A stretch of DNA of 26,084 nt from Promethearchaeota archaeon (GTDB lineage Archaea > Asgardarchaeota > Lokiarchaeia > Sigyniarchaeales > SOKP01), in contig JBHLNT010000050.1 in NCBI GenBank assembly GCA_048941265.1, forward strand, positions 1 through 26,084, read 5' to 3'. Below the pieces are notes generated by a model. It worked only from the letters and a program-made list of their open reading frames with translations, did no database searches and was not told the DNA's origin. Numbering within the stretch: the stretch's first letter is position 1; the number at the start of each line of letters is the position of its first letter. Below, in pieces: positions 18,423-26,084 of the stretch. The position numbers and the translations under genes are program-made.

Positions 18423-19262
18423 ATGTCAATGAAAAAATTCTTGTACTGCTTAAATTGTGGTAGAGACTTAGCGTCAAAAGGGAGAGAAGGTCCTGCATTT
18501 TGCGCGGAATGCATTTTGGACTTGAACTACAAAACTTCAGATATAGATCACGAAGAAATTGATAAAGAATTACAAAAAATCTTAAATTTCTTTATTTCAG
18601 ATGTAAGTGCCGCCTTTAATAAGGACCCTGCTGCTAGTAGTCTTTTAGAAGTTCTTACCAGCTATCCTGGTATAAAAGCAGTACTTCTATATCGTATAAG
18701 TCATTTCTTCTGGAAATTAGGTATGCCATTTATCCCGAGATACATCTCAGATATGGCCCGTCAAATGACGGCAATTGAAATTCATCCTGGAGCAATAATT
18801 GGGAGTGATTTCTTTATTGACCATGGTGCTGGAGTTGTCATCGGAGAAACTGCTGAAATTGGAAATAATGTCACAATATATGCCGGAGTGGTTTTAGGAG
18901 GTACTTCTCTTGAGAAGAAGAAACGGCATCCAACTTTAGAAGATAACGTTGTTGTAGGTACGGGAGCAAAAATATTAGGGCCAGTAACAATAGGAAGTAA
19001 TGTAAGAATAGGAGCGAATTCCGTTGTAGTAAATGATATCCCTCCAAATTCTGTTGTAGTTGGGGTTCCTGGAAAAATTATTTCGAGAAAAGGTGACAAG
19101 ATTGAAAAAATAGACCTCAGACATGGAGATTTGCCAGATCCTTTATCGATTTCAATTTCAGCTTTGGAAAAAAGGATTAGAGAATTAGAAAAAGTTGTTA
19201 TTAAAGAGCAAAAAGAAGATGATATAAAGATTTACTATGGAGATTATGGTGATGGAATATAA
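18423..19262 (+). CDS. cysE: Serine O-acetyltransferase with an N-terminal Cys4 extension
   Basis: DPAA, YPG, EIHPGA.IG..FFIDHGAGVVIGET, KRHPT, hexapeptide repeats, VGVPG. Confidence 0.94.
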   Translation: MSMKKFLYCLNCGRDLASKGREGPAFCAECILDLNYKTSDIDHEEIDKELQKILNFFISDVSAAFNKDPAASSLLEVLTSYPGIKAVLLYRISHFFWKLGMPFIPRYISDMARQMTAIEIHPGAIIGSDFFIDHGAGVVIGETAEIGNNVTIYAGVVLGGTSLEKKKRHPTLEDNVVVGTGAKILGPVTIGSNVRIGANSVVVNDIPPNSVVVGVPGKIISRKGDKIEKIDLRHGDLPDPLSISISALEKRIRELEKVVIKEQKEDDIKIYYGDYGDGI

Positions 19263-19318
19263 TCGTTTTAGGAAATTATTTAAAAAATATTAAAAAAAAA
19301 TTATAGATATGAGTTAAA

Positions 19319-20251
19319 ATGGGAGCATATAATAATATTATTGAAACAATTGGAAAGACACCATTGGTAAGATTGAACCGAATAACAGAAGGGATAGAAC
19401 CTACGATATATGCGAAGCTGGAGTCATTTAATCCTGGTAGTAGTGTAAAAGATAGGATTGGTATGTCAATGATTGAAAAGGCTGAAGAAGAAGGATTAAT
19501 TAATAAAGATACGACTATTGTTGAGCCAACTTCTGGAAATACAGGCATTGGTTTAGCTCTTGTCTGTGCAGCAAAAGGGTATAAACTAGTTTTGACTATG
19601 CCTGATAGTATGTCAATTGAAAGGAGGAAAATTTTGAAGGCTTATGGAGCGAAATTAATTTTAACTCCTGCCTCTAAAGGAATGAAAGGTGCGATTGAAA
19701 AAGCACAAGAACTTTCAAAAGAAAAAGGAAAGGTCTTTATCCCTCAACAATTTAAAAACGAAGCAAATCCAGAAATTCATCGCAGAACTACTGCTAAGGA
19801 AATTTTTAATGATTTAGATGGAAGAATTGATGGTTTTGTTGCGGGTGTAGGGACTGGAGGGACTATTACAGGAGTAGGTGAAATTTTAAAGGATAGAATC
19901 GGGGCAAGACTAAAAGTATATGCCGTTGAACCTACAGGATCTCCAGTATTGTCAGGAGGAAACCCAGGACCTCACAAAATTCAAGGTATAGGCGCTGGTT
20001 TTATTCCAGAGGTGTTAAACACAAAAATCTATGATAAGGTAATTACAGTAAATTATGAGGATGCTGTTATTACTGCTCGAAAATTAGCTAGATTAGAAGG
20101 GATTTTTGTTGGAATATCTGCTGGTGCAAATGCATGGGCAGCAATTTTTGAAGCGTCCAAAGATTTTGAAAAAGGAGAGAATATTGTTGTAATTTTGCCC
20201 GATACTGGTGAGAGATACTTATCTACTCCCCTGTGGAGTGATATAGAATAG
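19319..20251 (+). CDS. cysK: Cysteine synthase A (O-acetylserine sulfhydrylase)
   Basis: NPGSSVKDR (PLP Lys), [35 protein letters not shown]. Confidence 0.96.
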   Translation: MGAYNNIIETIGKTPLVRLNRITEGIEPTIYAKLESFNPGSSVKDRIGMSMIEKAEEEGLINKDTTIVEPTSGNTGIGLALVCAAKGYKLVLTMPDSMSIERRKILKAYGAKLILTPASKGMKGAIEKAQELSKEKGKVFIPQQFKNEANPEIHRRTTAKEIFNDLDGRIDGFVAGVGTGGTITGVGEILKDRIGARLKVYAVEPTGSPVLSGGNPGPHKIQGIGAGFIPEVLNTKIYDKVITVNYEDAVITARKLARLEGIFVGISAGANAWAAIFEASKDFEKGENIVVILPDTGERYLSTPLWSDIE

Positions 20252-20505
20252 TTGATTATAATAGAAATAAAATATATCATTTTAGGTTATAAAAAGACTT
20301 TTTGACTAAAAGTTGGGTTCTGTGATGTGAGTTGAATGCATTTCATAGCCATTGAGCTCTTTTTTTTATTTTTACCTATCTAGCTCTACTCTGGCTGTTT
20401 ATCGTCCCATTGGGATTTAAATTGCCTATTGTTCAAGAATTTATAGAACAGTACCTAAAAGCAATAAATCTTTATTAATATGAGGCACAGAGTATCTTTA
20501 ATAAT

Positions 20506-20518
20506 AAACCTTTTTATA
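20506..20518 (+). promoter_or_regulatory. Candidate BRE/TATA promoter
   Basis: AAACCTTTTTATA about 48 nt upstream of the ATG at 20566. Confidence 0.35.
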
Positions 20519-20565
20519 GTGAAAAATAACGAATTACAATTAATTCTTGAGGAATTAAATTATTT

Positions 20566-21372
20566 ATGCTATTTGATGGAATTTATATGATTCGCAATGG
20601 TACCATGGGCACAAATTATGAAACTAAACTTATAATCTCCATTGTCGCTCTTATAATTTGCTTATATGATTGGTTTGAATATAAAAGATATGATTATTTT
20701 TGGGTATTTTTATTTGGAACCATCATCTGGACTTCAGTAGAGTTTTCACTTCAAATAACAGGAATGCGTGATATCGTACAGGCAAGCCTTTTCGGTACTA
20801 ACATCTCACCTTTTGTCGCGAGCGTGTTAAGAGGGACTATGGAGGGTACATTTCCAGCGGTAGTGGGAATATTCTTTGCAGATCGCGTGTTAGATAAAGA
20901 GAAGCGTAAGATCTTTTTAATCATTGGAATGGCGGCTCTAACACTATTTTTTTTAGTAACTCTTTTACAAGGGAAACCTTATAAAGATATTGGAGGTGAT
21001 GTTGCTTCTGAAAGAGAGATATTTACCCCATTTTCCTTAATATTTCTTAATTCTATATTTATATTTAATGTAATTTGGCTTTGGAAAAAGGCAACACCTG
21101 AACAAAGGACGCGTGTTCTTTTAATGTTTGTAGTTATGTTTCTCATTACTGCAGTATTTAATGTGGGAGAATACATAGCCAATACAAGATGGATTCAAGT
21201 TGAATCTGATGGAAAATATTACGAAGCAGATCCGCTTTTGGAATTTTTTGCTCTTCATATTTATAATAATATAATCGAATTTGCCAGCATGTATGTAATT
21301 TTTATTATTATACCCTATGAGTTAAAATTAATAAAAACAGCTCAAATTAAAGTAGAAGAGCCAATTAATTAG
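20566..21372 (+). CDS. Hypothetical multi-pass membrane protein
   Basis: 268-aa ORF with about 7 hydrophobic segments; GAGG upstream; no family recognised. Confidence 0.75.
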   Translation: MLFDGIYMIRNGTMGTNYETKLIISIVALIICLYDWFEYKRYDYFWVFLFGTIIWTSVEFSLQITGMRDIVQASLFGTNISPFVASVLRGTMEGTFPAVVGIFFADRVLDKEKRKIFLIIGMAALTLFFLVTLLQGKPYKDIGGDVASEREIFTPFSLIFLNSIFIFNVIWLWKKATPEQRTRVLLMFVVMFLITAVFNVGEYIANTRWIQVESDGKYYEADPLLEFFALHIYNNIIEFASMYVIFIIIPYELKLIKTAQIKVEEPIN

Positions 21373-21619
21373 CAAATGTTCAGCAATATATTTAGAGAAA
21401 TGATAAAATATATAATTCTAAATTCTTCTCTTATGTTAGAAAAATTTTTAGAAAAAAGCATATTATTAATTTAACAACTATAGATGCAATTATCATAAAA
21501 AAAGTAAGTCAGTTTGGAAATATTTCTAAAACTTTATTAGAACTAAATATTTAAGTGATAAAGGCTTTTTGATATGATAAGGAAATATACTTTATTACCA
21601 ACTTATAAATTAAGCCAGC

Positions 21620-21723
21620 GCCAGCGTATAAAATTTATCATTTAAGATAAGTTTACGCAACCGAGTAGTTAAGGAGACGGCCTGCAGAGCCGTTATTCGT
21701 GGGTGCAATTCCCACCGCTGGCT
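21620..21723 (+). tRNA. tRNA-Cys(GCA) with a 31-nt intron (21630-21660); exons 21620-21629 and 21661-21723
   Basis: Spliced cloverleaf: acceptor GCCAGCG/CGCTGGC, U8 A9, D stem TCC(G)/(A)GGA, anticodon stem ACGGC/GCCGT with loop CT-GCA-GA (GCA at 21684-21686), T stem GTGGG/CCCAC, U73 discriminator, no CCA; directly upstream of cysS. Confidence 0.92.
21630..21660 (+). other. tRNA intron at position 10/11 with a bulge-helix-bulge/loop motif
   Basis: Central helix GCGT(21624-27)/ACGC(21655-58); bulges AT^A and AA^C; 9-bp intron stem AAATTTATC/GATAAGTTT. Cutting after the second base of each bulge restores the U10-A25 pair. Confidence 0.82.
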
Positions 21724-21779
21724 CTATTTATTGAATCTTAATGTGCTTTATTAATTAACCTTTCTAGTGATTTGATAGA

Positions 21780-23195
21780 ATGAAACTTTATAATAGCTTA
21801 ACGTTTAAAAAAGAAGAATTTAAACCTTTAAATCCAAATGAAATTTTGATGTATGTTTGTGGGCCGACCGTTTATGATAGTCCACATTTGGGACATGCGA
21901 AATCAGCAGTAGTGTTCGATTTAATACGACGTTATTTCAAATTTAAAGGATTTAAAGTAAAATTAGTAAAAAATTATACGGATATTGATGATAAAATTAT
22001 TAAGAGGGCAAATGAGCGCGGTATTGATTATAAAGCACTAAGTGAGCAATATATAAAAGAATACGAGAAAATTATGGGTATTTTAAACATTCAAAAAGAT
22101 TATAAAAATCCTCGCGCAACTGATGTTATCGATTTTATGATAGAAATAGTACAAGGCTTAATTTCAAAGGGTTATGCTTATGAAAGCAATGGGTCCGTAT
22201 ATTTTGATGTAAAATCATTTTCAAAATATAAAACTATCTTACAAAATATTTCAGAGGAGGATTTAGAGAGCGAAGAAGAGGAGGAAATCGAGTCTCATTA
22301 TCTAGAAGAGAAGAGAAATCCAAAAGATTTCGCACTCTGGAAAAAGTCAAAGGAAAATGAACCTTTTTGGGAAAGTCCCTGGGGAAAAGGGAGACCCGGA
22401 TGGCATATTGAATGCTCTGCAATGGCAATTAATTTCCTTGGTGAAACAATTGATATTCATGGAGGTGGTCAAGATTTAAAATTTCCACATCACCGTAATG
22501 AAATTTCTCAATCTGAAGCTTATACTGGCAAGCCATTTGCGAATTTTTTTATGCACAATGGTTTTGTAAATGTGGATAATGAAAAAATGTCGAAAAGTCT
22601 TGGAAACTTTTTTCTCGTATCAGACGTAATAAAAGAATATGATCCGATGGTAATACGATTTTTCTTAATTTCAAGTCATTATCGTAAATCAATTAATTAT
22701 AGCCTCGATACTATATCTCAAGCAGAAAAAAATTATAATAAAATTTTAACAACCATCAAAAAGATCAATGATGCTCCCACTCAAGAGACTGATTCAGACG
22801 AGATTAATAAGTTAATTTCAAAAATAGAACTCTCAAGACAAAATATTATTAATGCAATGGACGACGATTTCAATACACCAGTCGCAATAGCTGAAATAAT
22901 GACTTTAATTAGAGATTTAAACCAAGCAACTTTAGAAAGCAACACAGCATTAAATGAGCAATTTAAAGATAAATTTTTTAGCTATATTGAGGATATTGAC
23001 AATATTTTTGGATTATTTCCAAATTTGCAAGAACAACTCACCAAAAAATTTGATAAAAAGGACGAATTAATAAAAAATTTATTAGATCTCTTTAAAGATA
23101 CAAGAAGTAGTTTAAGAGAAAGAAAACTTTATGATATCAGTGATAAGATAAGAGAAAGATTACGAGCTCTCGGAATAAATGTTGAAGACAACTAA
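21780..23195 (+). CDS. cysS: Cysteine--tRNA ligase
   Basis: YVCGPTVY, HLGH (HIGH), DFALWK, GRPGWHIECSAM, HGGG.DL.FPHH, KMSKSLGN, DDFNTP. Confidence 0.97.
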   Translation: MKLYNSLTFKKEEFKPLNPNEILMYVCGPTVYDSPHLGHAKSAVVFDLIRRYFKFKGFKVKLVKNYTDIDDKIIKRANERGIDYKALSEQYIKEYEKIMGILNIQKDYKNPRATDVIDFMIEIVQGLISKGYAYESNGSVYFDVKSFSKYKTILQNISEEDLESEEEEEIESHYLEEKRNPKDFALWKKSKENEPFWESPWGKGRPGWHIECSAMAINFLGETIDIHGGGQDLKFPHHRNEISQSEAYTGKPFANFFMHNGFVNVDNEKMSKSLGNFFLVSDVIKEYDPMVIRFFLISSHYRKSINYSLDTISQAEKNYNKILTTIKKINDAPTQETDSDEINKLISKIELSRQNIINAMDDDFNTPVAIAEIMTLIRDLNQATLESNTALNEQFKDKFFSYIEDIDNIFGLFPNLQEQLTKKFDKKDELIKNLLDLFKDTRSSLRERKLYDISDKIRERLRALGINVEDN

Positions 23196-23864
23196 TTAAA
23201 ATTTAGCTAATTTTATTTCTCCATGATAATATAACATATTGCCATCAAAACTTATTTGAACCGGTATTATGGGAATACTTTTTTCTCTTGCTTCAGACAA
23301 TTTTTCAGAGAATTTCGGATCGGTGTCCCAATTAGGAGCAAATTGTTCAGCTTTCCGAAAAATTAAAAACAGAACTATTCCATGATGTTCAATAATTTCT
23401 CCCACATGCCTAGTACCCCGTTCTGTAGGAACGTCTGGAAACAATGCTAAACCATCTTTTACAAGTGAAACTCCTTTTACTTCTAAAGGTACTCCATCAA
23501 TCATAAAATCAATTCTACTCTTGCCTAGCTTTACTTCTTTTTTAATTTCATTCACATTTGAGAATTTTGGTAAATATGAAAATACTTTCATTGCAATTTT
23601 AGAATGCTGTGCTGAATCAATTAATACCCACTCATTTTCGCATTTTACTGCCTTTATGTAATATTTTAATTTACCTTTTGAGTTTGTAAAGAGAACTTTT
23701 GCCCCTTTGATAAGTAATTCCTTTAGTCTTCCTGGATCATGAACGTGAGCAATTTCTTTTTTTCCCTTATAATTGATCTCAGCTACAAATCGGTTAGGTC
23801 TTTTTTGAAAGATTCCTTGTTTTAAATTAGGTATTTCAAAAATAGGAAATTTAAGTTCTGTCAT
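23196..23864 (-). CDS. sfsA: SfsA-family DNA/RNA nuclease
   Basis: RPNRF, HVHDPGRLKEL, SRIDF, LEVKGVSL, FPD.PTERG..H; its stop directly abuts the cysS stop. Confidence 0.92.
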   Translation of the reverse strand: MTELKFPIFEIPNLKQGIFQKRPNRFVAEINYKGKKEIAHVHDPGRLKELLIKGAKVLFTNSKGKLKYYIKAVKCENEWVLIDSAQHSKIAMKVFSYLPKFSNVNEIKKEVKLGKSRIDFMIDGVPLEVKGVSLVKDGLALFPDVPTERGTRHVGEIIEHHGIVLFLIFRKAEQFAPNWDTDPKFSEKLSEAREKSIPIIPVQISFDGNMLYYHGEIKLAKF

Positions 23865-23983
23865 TTTTATATTTTAAACTATGAATTGTCTATTTAGAGT
23901 TATTTATTAATAGAAATTAAAAAATTGTTTTATATTGTATAAAGTAAAGAAATAAATGGATTTTTTAATTTCTTTAAAATGGG

Positions 23984-24223
23984 ATGAGTGAAGCTAACGA
24001 TAAAAAAACTATTGAGAGTTATAAATTTCATCATATTGATACGAGTAAATGTCTTCAATGCGAAAATTTCGCGTGTGAGGAGGTCTGTTTTAGAGGAATT
24101 TATGAAGTGATTAATAAAGATTCTACACCAAAATCTGTTGTTGTGGAGGATCGAGAAGATCGTTGCGTAAAATGCCATATGTGTACTACTGCTTGTAAAT
24201 TAGGTGCAATAATTATTGATTAG
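23984..24223 (+). CDS. 2x[4Fe-4S] ferredoxin-like protein
   Basis: CLQCENFACEEVC and CVKCHMCTTAC..GAI. Confidence 0.88.
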   Translation: MSEANDKKTIESYKFHHIDTSKCLQCENFACEEVCFRGIYEVINKDSTPKSVVVEDREDRCVKCHMCTTACKLGAIIID

Positions 24224-24244
24224 TCTTTAAAAATAAGCTTCATT

Positions 24245-24793
24245 TTAATCGGTAACAGTTTTGTCAAATAAACAATAAATACTTGTTTTAAATATTTGAT
24301 AAAAGAAACCAGTATTATCGATTATCTCTTTAATTTTTTCTTTTAAATCATCTATAATTTTATCAGTTATATCTGGTTTAAAGTTGCTTAAATCTGGATC
24401 ATATTTATGTAGGAAAATTGATACTTCAATATTACTAATATCATTTCTGTCTTTAAGTAGAATGATGATTTTTTCATAATAATCTAAGGCTAAATCATAT
24501 CTATTTACATCTTGAACATCAAACACATAAATGAGTTTATCTAATCCCTTAAAATAATTATCATAATTTGCCAAATATTCATCTCTATAAGCTTCTTGAC
24601 CACCAAGATCCCAAACAATAAATTCTGAATCATAGGCTTTAATTGATATTATATTTCTTCTAACTGTGGGTCTTGCTTTACAAAATGTGGGCAGATTTCT
24701 TGTCCCCCTTAAACTATATGCGATTGAAGTTTTGCCGCTATTATCTAATCCGGCTAATAATATAACCTTGCCAATTTTTGATGATTCCGTCAT
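24245..24793 (-). CDS. Small Ras-superfamily GTPase (Arf/Rag-like, Asgard type)
   Basis: G1 GLDNSGKT, G2 PT, G3 WDLGGQ, G4 HKYD, G5 TSIY; ATG at 24793 preferred. Confidence 0.9.
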   Translation of the reverse strand: MTESSKIGKVILLAGLDNSGKTSIAYSLRGTRNLPTFCKARPTVRRNIISIKAYDSEFIVWDLGGQEAYRDEYLANYDNYFKGLDKLIYVFDVQDVNRYDLALDYYEKIIILLKDRNDISNIEVSIFLHKYDPDLSNFKPDITDKIIDDLKEKIKEIIDNTGFFYQIFKTSIYCLFDKTVTD

Positions 24794-24851
24794 ATATTTA
24801 TGTTTTTTAATATAATTCAATTCTATTTAATAAAATATCAAGTTAATGTAT

Positions 24852-25196
24852 TTATCTTGATGTTTTTAAGGTATCTTGAATATTCAATTCCGCTAATGTT
24901 CGTAACTTTTCTCTCTGGAGAGTTATTACAAATGATTGGACAAATGTCAGAATCTTAAATATATATTGATATTTAATAGTATAGTAGTTTAGATTTTCTC
25001 TTTCTTCAATAGTTATGAGATCCTCATCATTCAATTTCTTTAAATGTTGAGAAATAGTAGATTGACTCTTTTTAAGGGTTTCTTGAATTTCCTTAGAAGT
25101 TTTTTCACCATTTTTCAATAATTCCAAAATTTCTAAACGTGTCTGATCTGATAATACCTTTAGAAAATCCGCGGTTTTTTCTGTTAATTCGCTCAT
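24852..25196 (-). CDS. ArsR/SmtB-family winged-HTH transcriptional regulator
   Basis: LKVLSD.TRLEIL.LL and SQSTISQHLKKL motifs; ATG at 25196 preferred. Confidence 0.9.
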   Translation of the reverse strand: MSELTEKTADFLKVLSDQTRLEILELLKNGEKTSKEIQETLKKSQSTISQHLKKLNDEDLITIEERENLNYYTIKYQYIFKILTFVQSFVITLQREKLRTLAELNIQDTLKTSR

Positions 25197-25381
25197 ATTT
25201 TTCAAAGTTTTGGACTGAAGTTATGAAATTAAGTTAACTACGATAACATTTAAAGATTTTACTAATGATTTATTAATTCAATATTTTATGATTCAATAAG
25301 TTTGGACTAAGGGGCAATTCTTAAGTAATCATTAATAAATATATATTTAAAAATGATCTTTATAGATTAAAGATATGGTTT

Positions 25382-25404
25382 GATAATGCTAAGATAATGC
25401 TAAG
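25382..25404. repeat. Perfect 11-bp tandem direct repeat
   Basis: GATAATGCTAA-GATAATGCTAA-G. Confidence 0.85.
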
Positions 25405-25456
25405 CTTATATTTAATTTAATATAATTTCCTAAATATTTTTATTATACCTAAATAA

Positions 25457-25930
25457 ATGATTTTTTCCTATCTGATGAAGCACCGAAAGTTTACATTACA
25501 AAAACTACTGGATGATTACATAGGAATCTTTGACGAGCAATATAAATTTCATGAACTTATTATAGAGCATGTCTGCGAAGTATAATATTTAGCTCAGGAA
25601 ATATTGGAAAGATATCTTGATGAGATAATAGAACTTATTGAGAATATGAGAGAGAATTTAGATCGTAAGACTGAATATGGCGATTTTATGCTTTTTGAGC
25701 ATGAGGTAGTGCGTTATTATTTCACCTTAGCAATTTTGATTTTTAAGACAGGTTCTGCGTTTCCAGATAAAGTAAAGGAAGCTGTACTTAAAACTAATGA
25801 AGATTGGGTTGAAAATCTTGGAGGAATAGAAGAATTTCGGCAAGAAGTATTAAATTATACTCCAGGAAGTCTTCTTCTTAAAAAAGTAGCCAAGAGTCAT
25901 GATATAGAACAAAAGAAGAGATCGAAATGA
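25457..25930 (+). pseudogene. Hypothetical protein interrupted by one in-frame TAA (25583-25585)
   Basis: The ATG at 25457 opens 42 sense codons in frame with the 25604-25930 ORF; only one stop separates them. Confidence 0.55.
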
Positions 25931-26042
25931 ATAATTATTCATTTGGCTACCGTTAGATTTAAATATCGGCATATCGTTATATACAATAATAAAATTTTTA
26001 TTATTAACAAACTAAAAAAATTTGACAAGGGGAAATTAGAAT

Positions 26043-26084
26043 ATGATGAGTGAAGTATTAAAGATGGATGATATTGACAAAAAA
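26043..26084 (+). CDS. Start of a probable Lrp/AsnC-family regulator, truncated by the window edge
   Basis: MMSEVLKMDDIDKK resembles the D.iD.kI start of Lrp/AsnC HTH domains; AGGGG upstream. Confidence 0.5.
   Translation, partial: MMSEVLKMDDIDKK

Noticed and set aside
21614-21660. Alternative tRNA model starting at 21614 with a longer intron
   Set aside because: It would give C8-A9-A10, losing U8 and the 10-25 pair, and it does not match the bulge cut sites.
173-24178. Short antisense or alternate-frame ORFs (e.g. 173-394, 384-575, 979-1167, 10161-10451, 11422-11616, 11555-11764, 12321-12506, 12975-13256, 13992-14294, 14901-15230, 18782-19099, 19276-19548, 20053-20280, 20979-21182, 22234-22428, 23930-24178)
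   Set aside because: They are shadows of well-supported genes and carry no recognisable motifs.
25464-25527. Hammerhead-ribozyme-like core (CTGATGA...CGAAA, with possible stem III AGTTT/AAACT)
   Set aside because: Stem II is only AGCACC with no closing pair, stem I does not form next to the cleavage triplet, and the segment lies in an open reading frame.
1-26084. CRISPR array, rRNA, transposase or integrase
   Set aside because: No regularly spaced repeats, rRNA-like segments or mobile-element genes were seen.

Overview
AT-rich archaeal window, most consistent with an Asgard archaeon (Lokiarchaeia-like). This is inferred from an Arf/Rag-like small GTPase, BRE/TATA-type promoters, and an intron-containing tRNA without encoded CCA. 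From left to right: (1) a TCA/2-methylcitrate cluster: partial sdhB, fumC, an FMN-dependent alpha-hydroxy-acid dehydrogenase, citrate synthase, acnA, prpB, prpC, prpD; (2) an acyltransferase-3 membrane protein and a small membrane protein with a recent internal duplication; (3) two tandem protein-disulfide oxidoreductases plus thioredoxin reductase; (4) a UroD/MtaA-family protein, an ArsB-like permease remnant, Hsp20 and an orphan encapsulin-cargo-type ferritin; (5) a cysteine cluster: cysE, cysK, a membrane protein, tRNA-Cys and cysS; (6) sfsA, a ferredoxin, a small GTPase, an ArsR regulator, an interrupted ORF and the start of an Lrp-like gene. Three observations stand out. First, tRNA-Cys(GCA) has a 31-nt intron at the non-canonical 10/11 position whose splice helix sequesters acceptor-stem bases, and it is preceded by a duplicate of the 5' acceptor strand that could act as a surrogate stem in the precursor. 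Second, the FMN alpha-hydroxy-acid dehydrogenase sits in the malate dehydrogenase slot of an otherwise closed methylcitrate cycle. Third, CysE carries an N-terminal Cys4 ribbon and an E. coli-like YGDGI tail. All calls come from manual motif recognition; no database searches were run.
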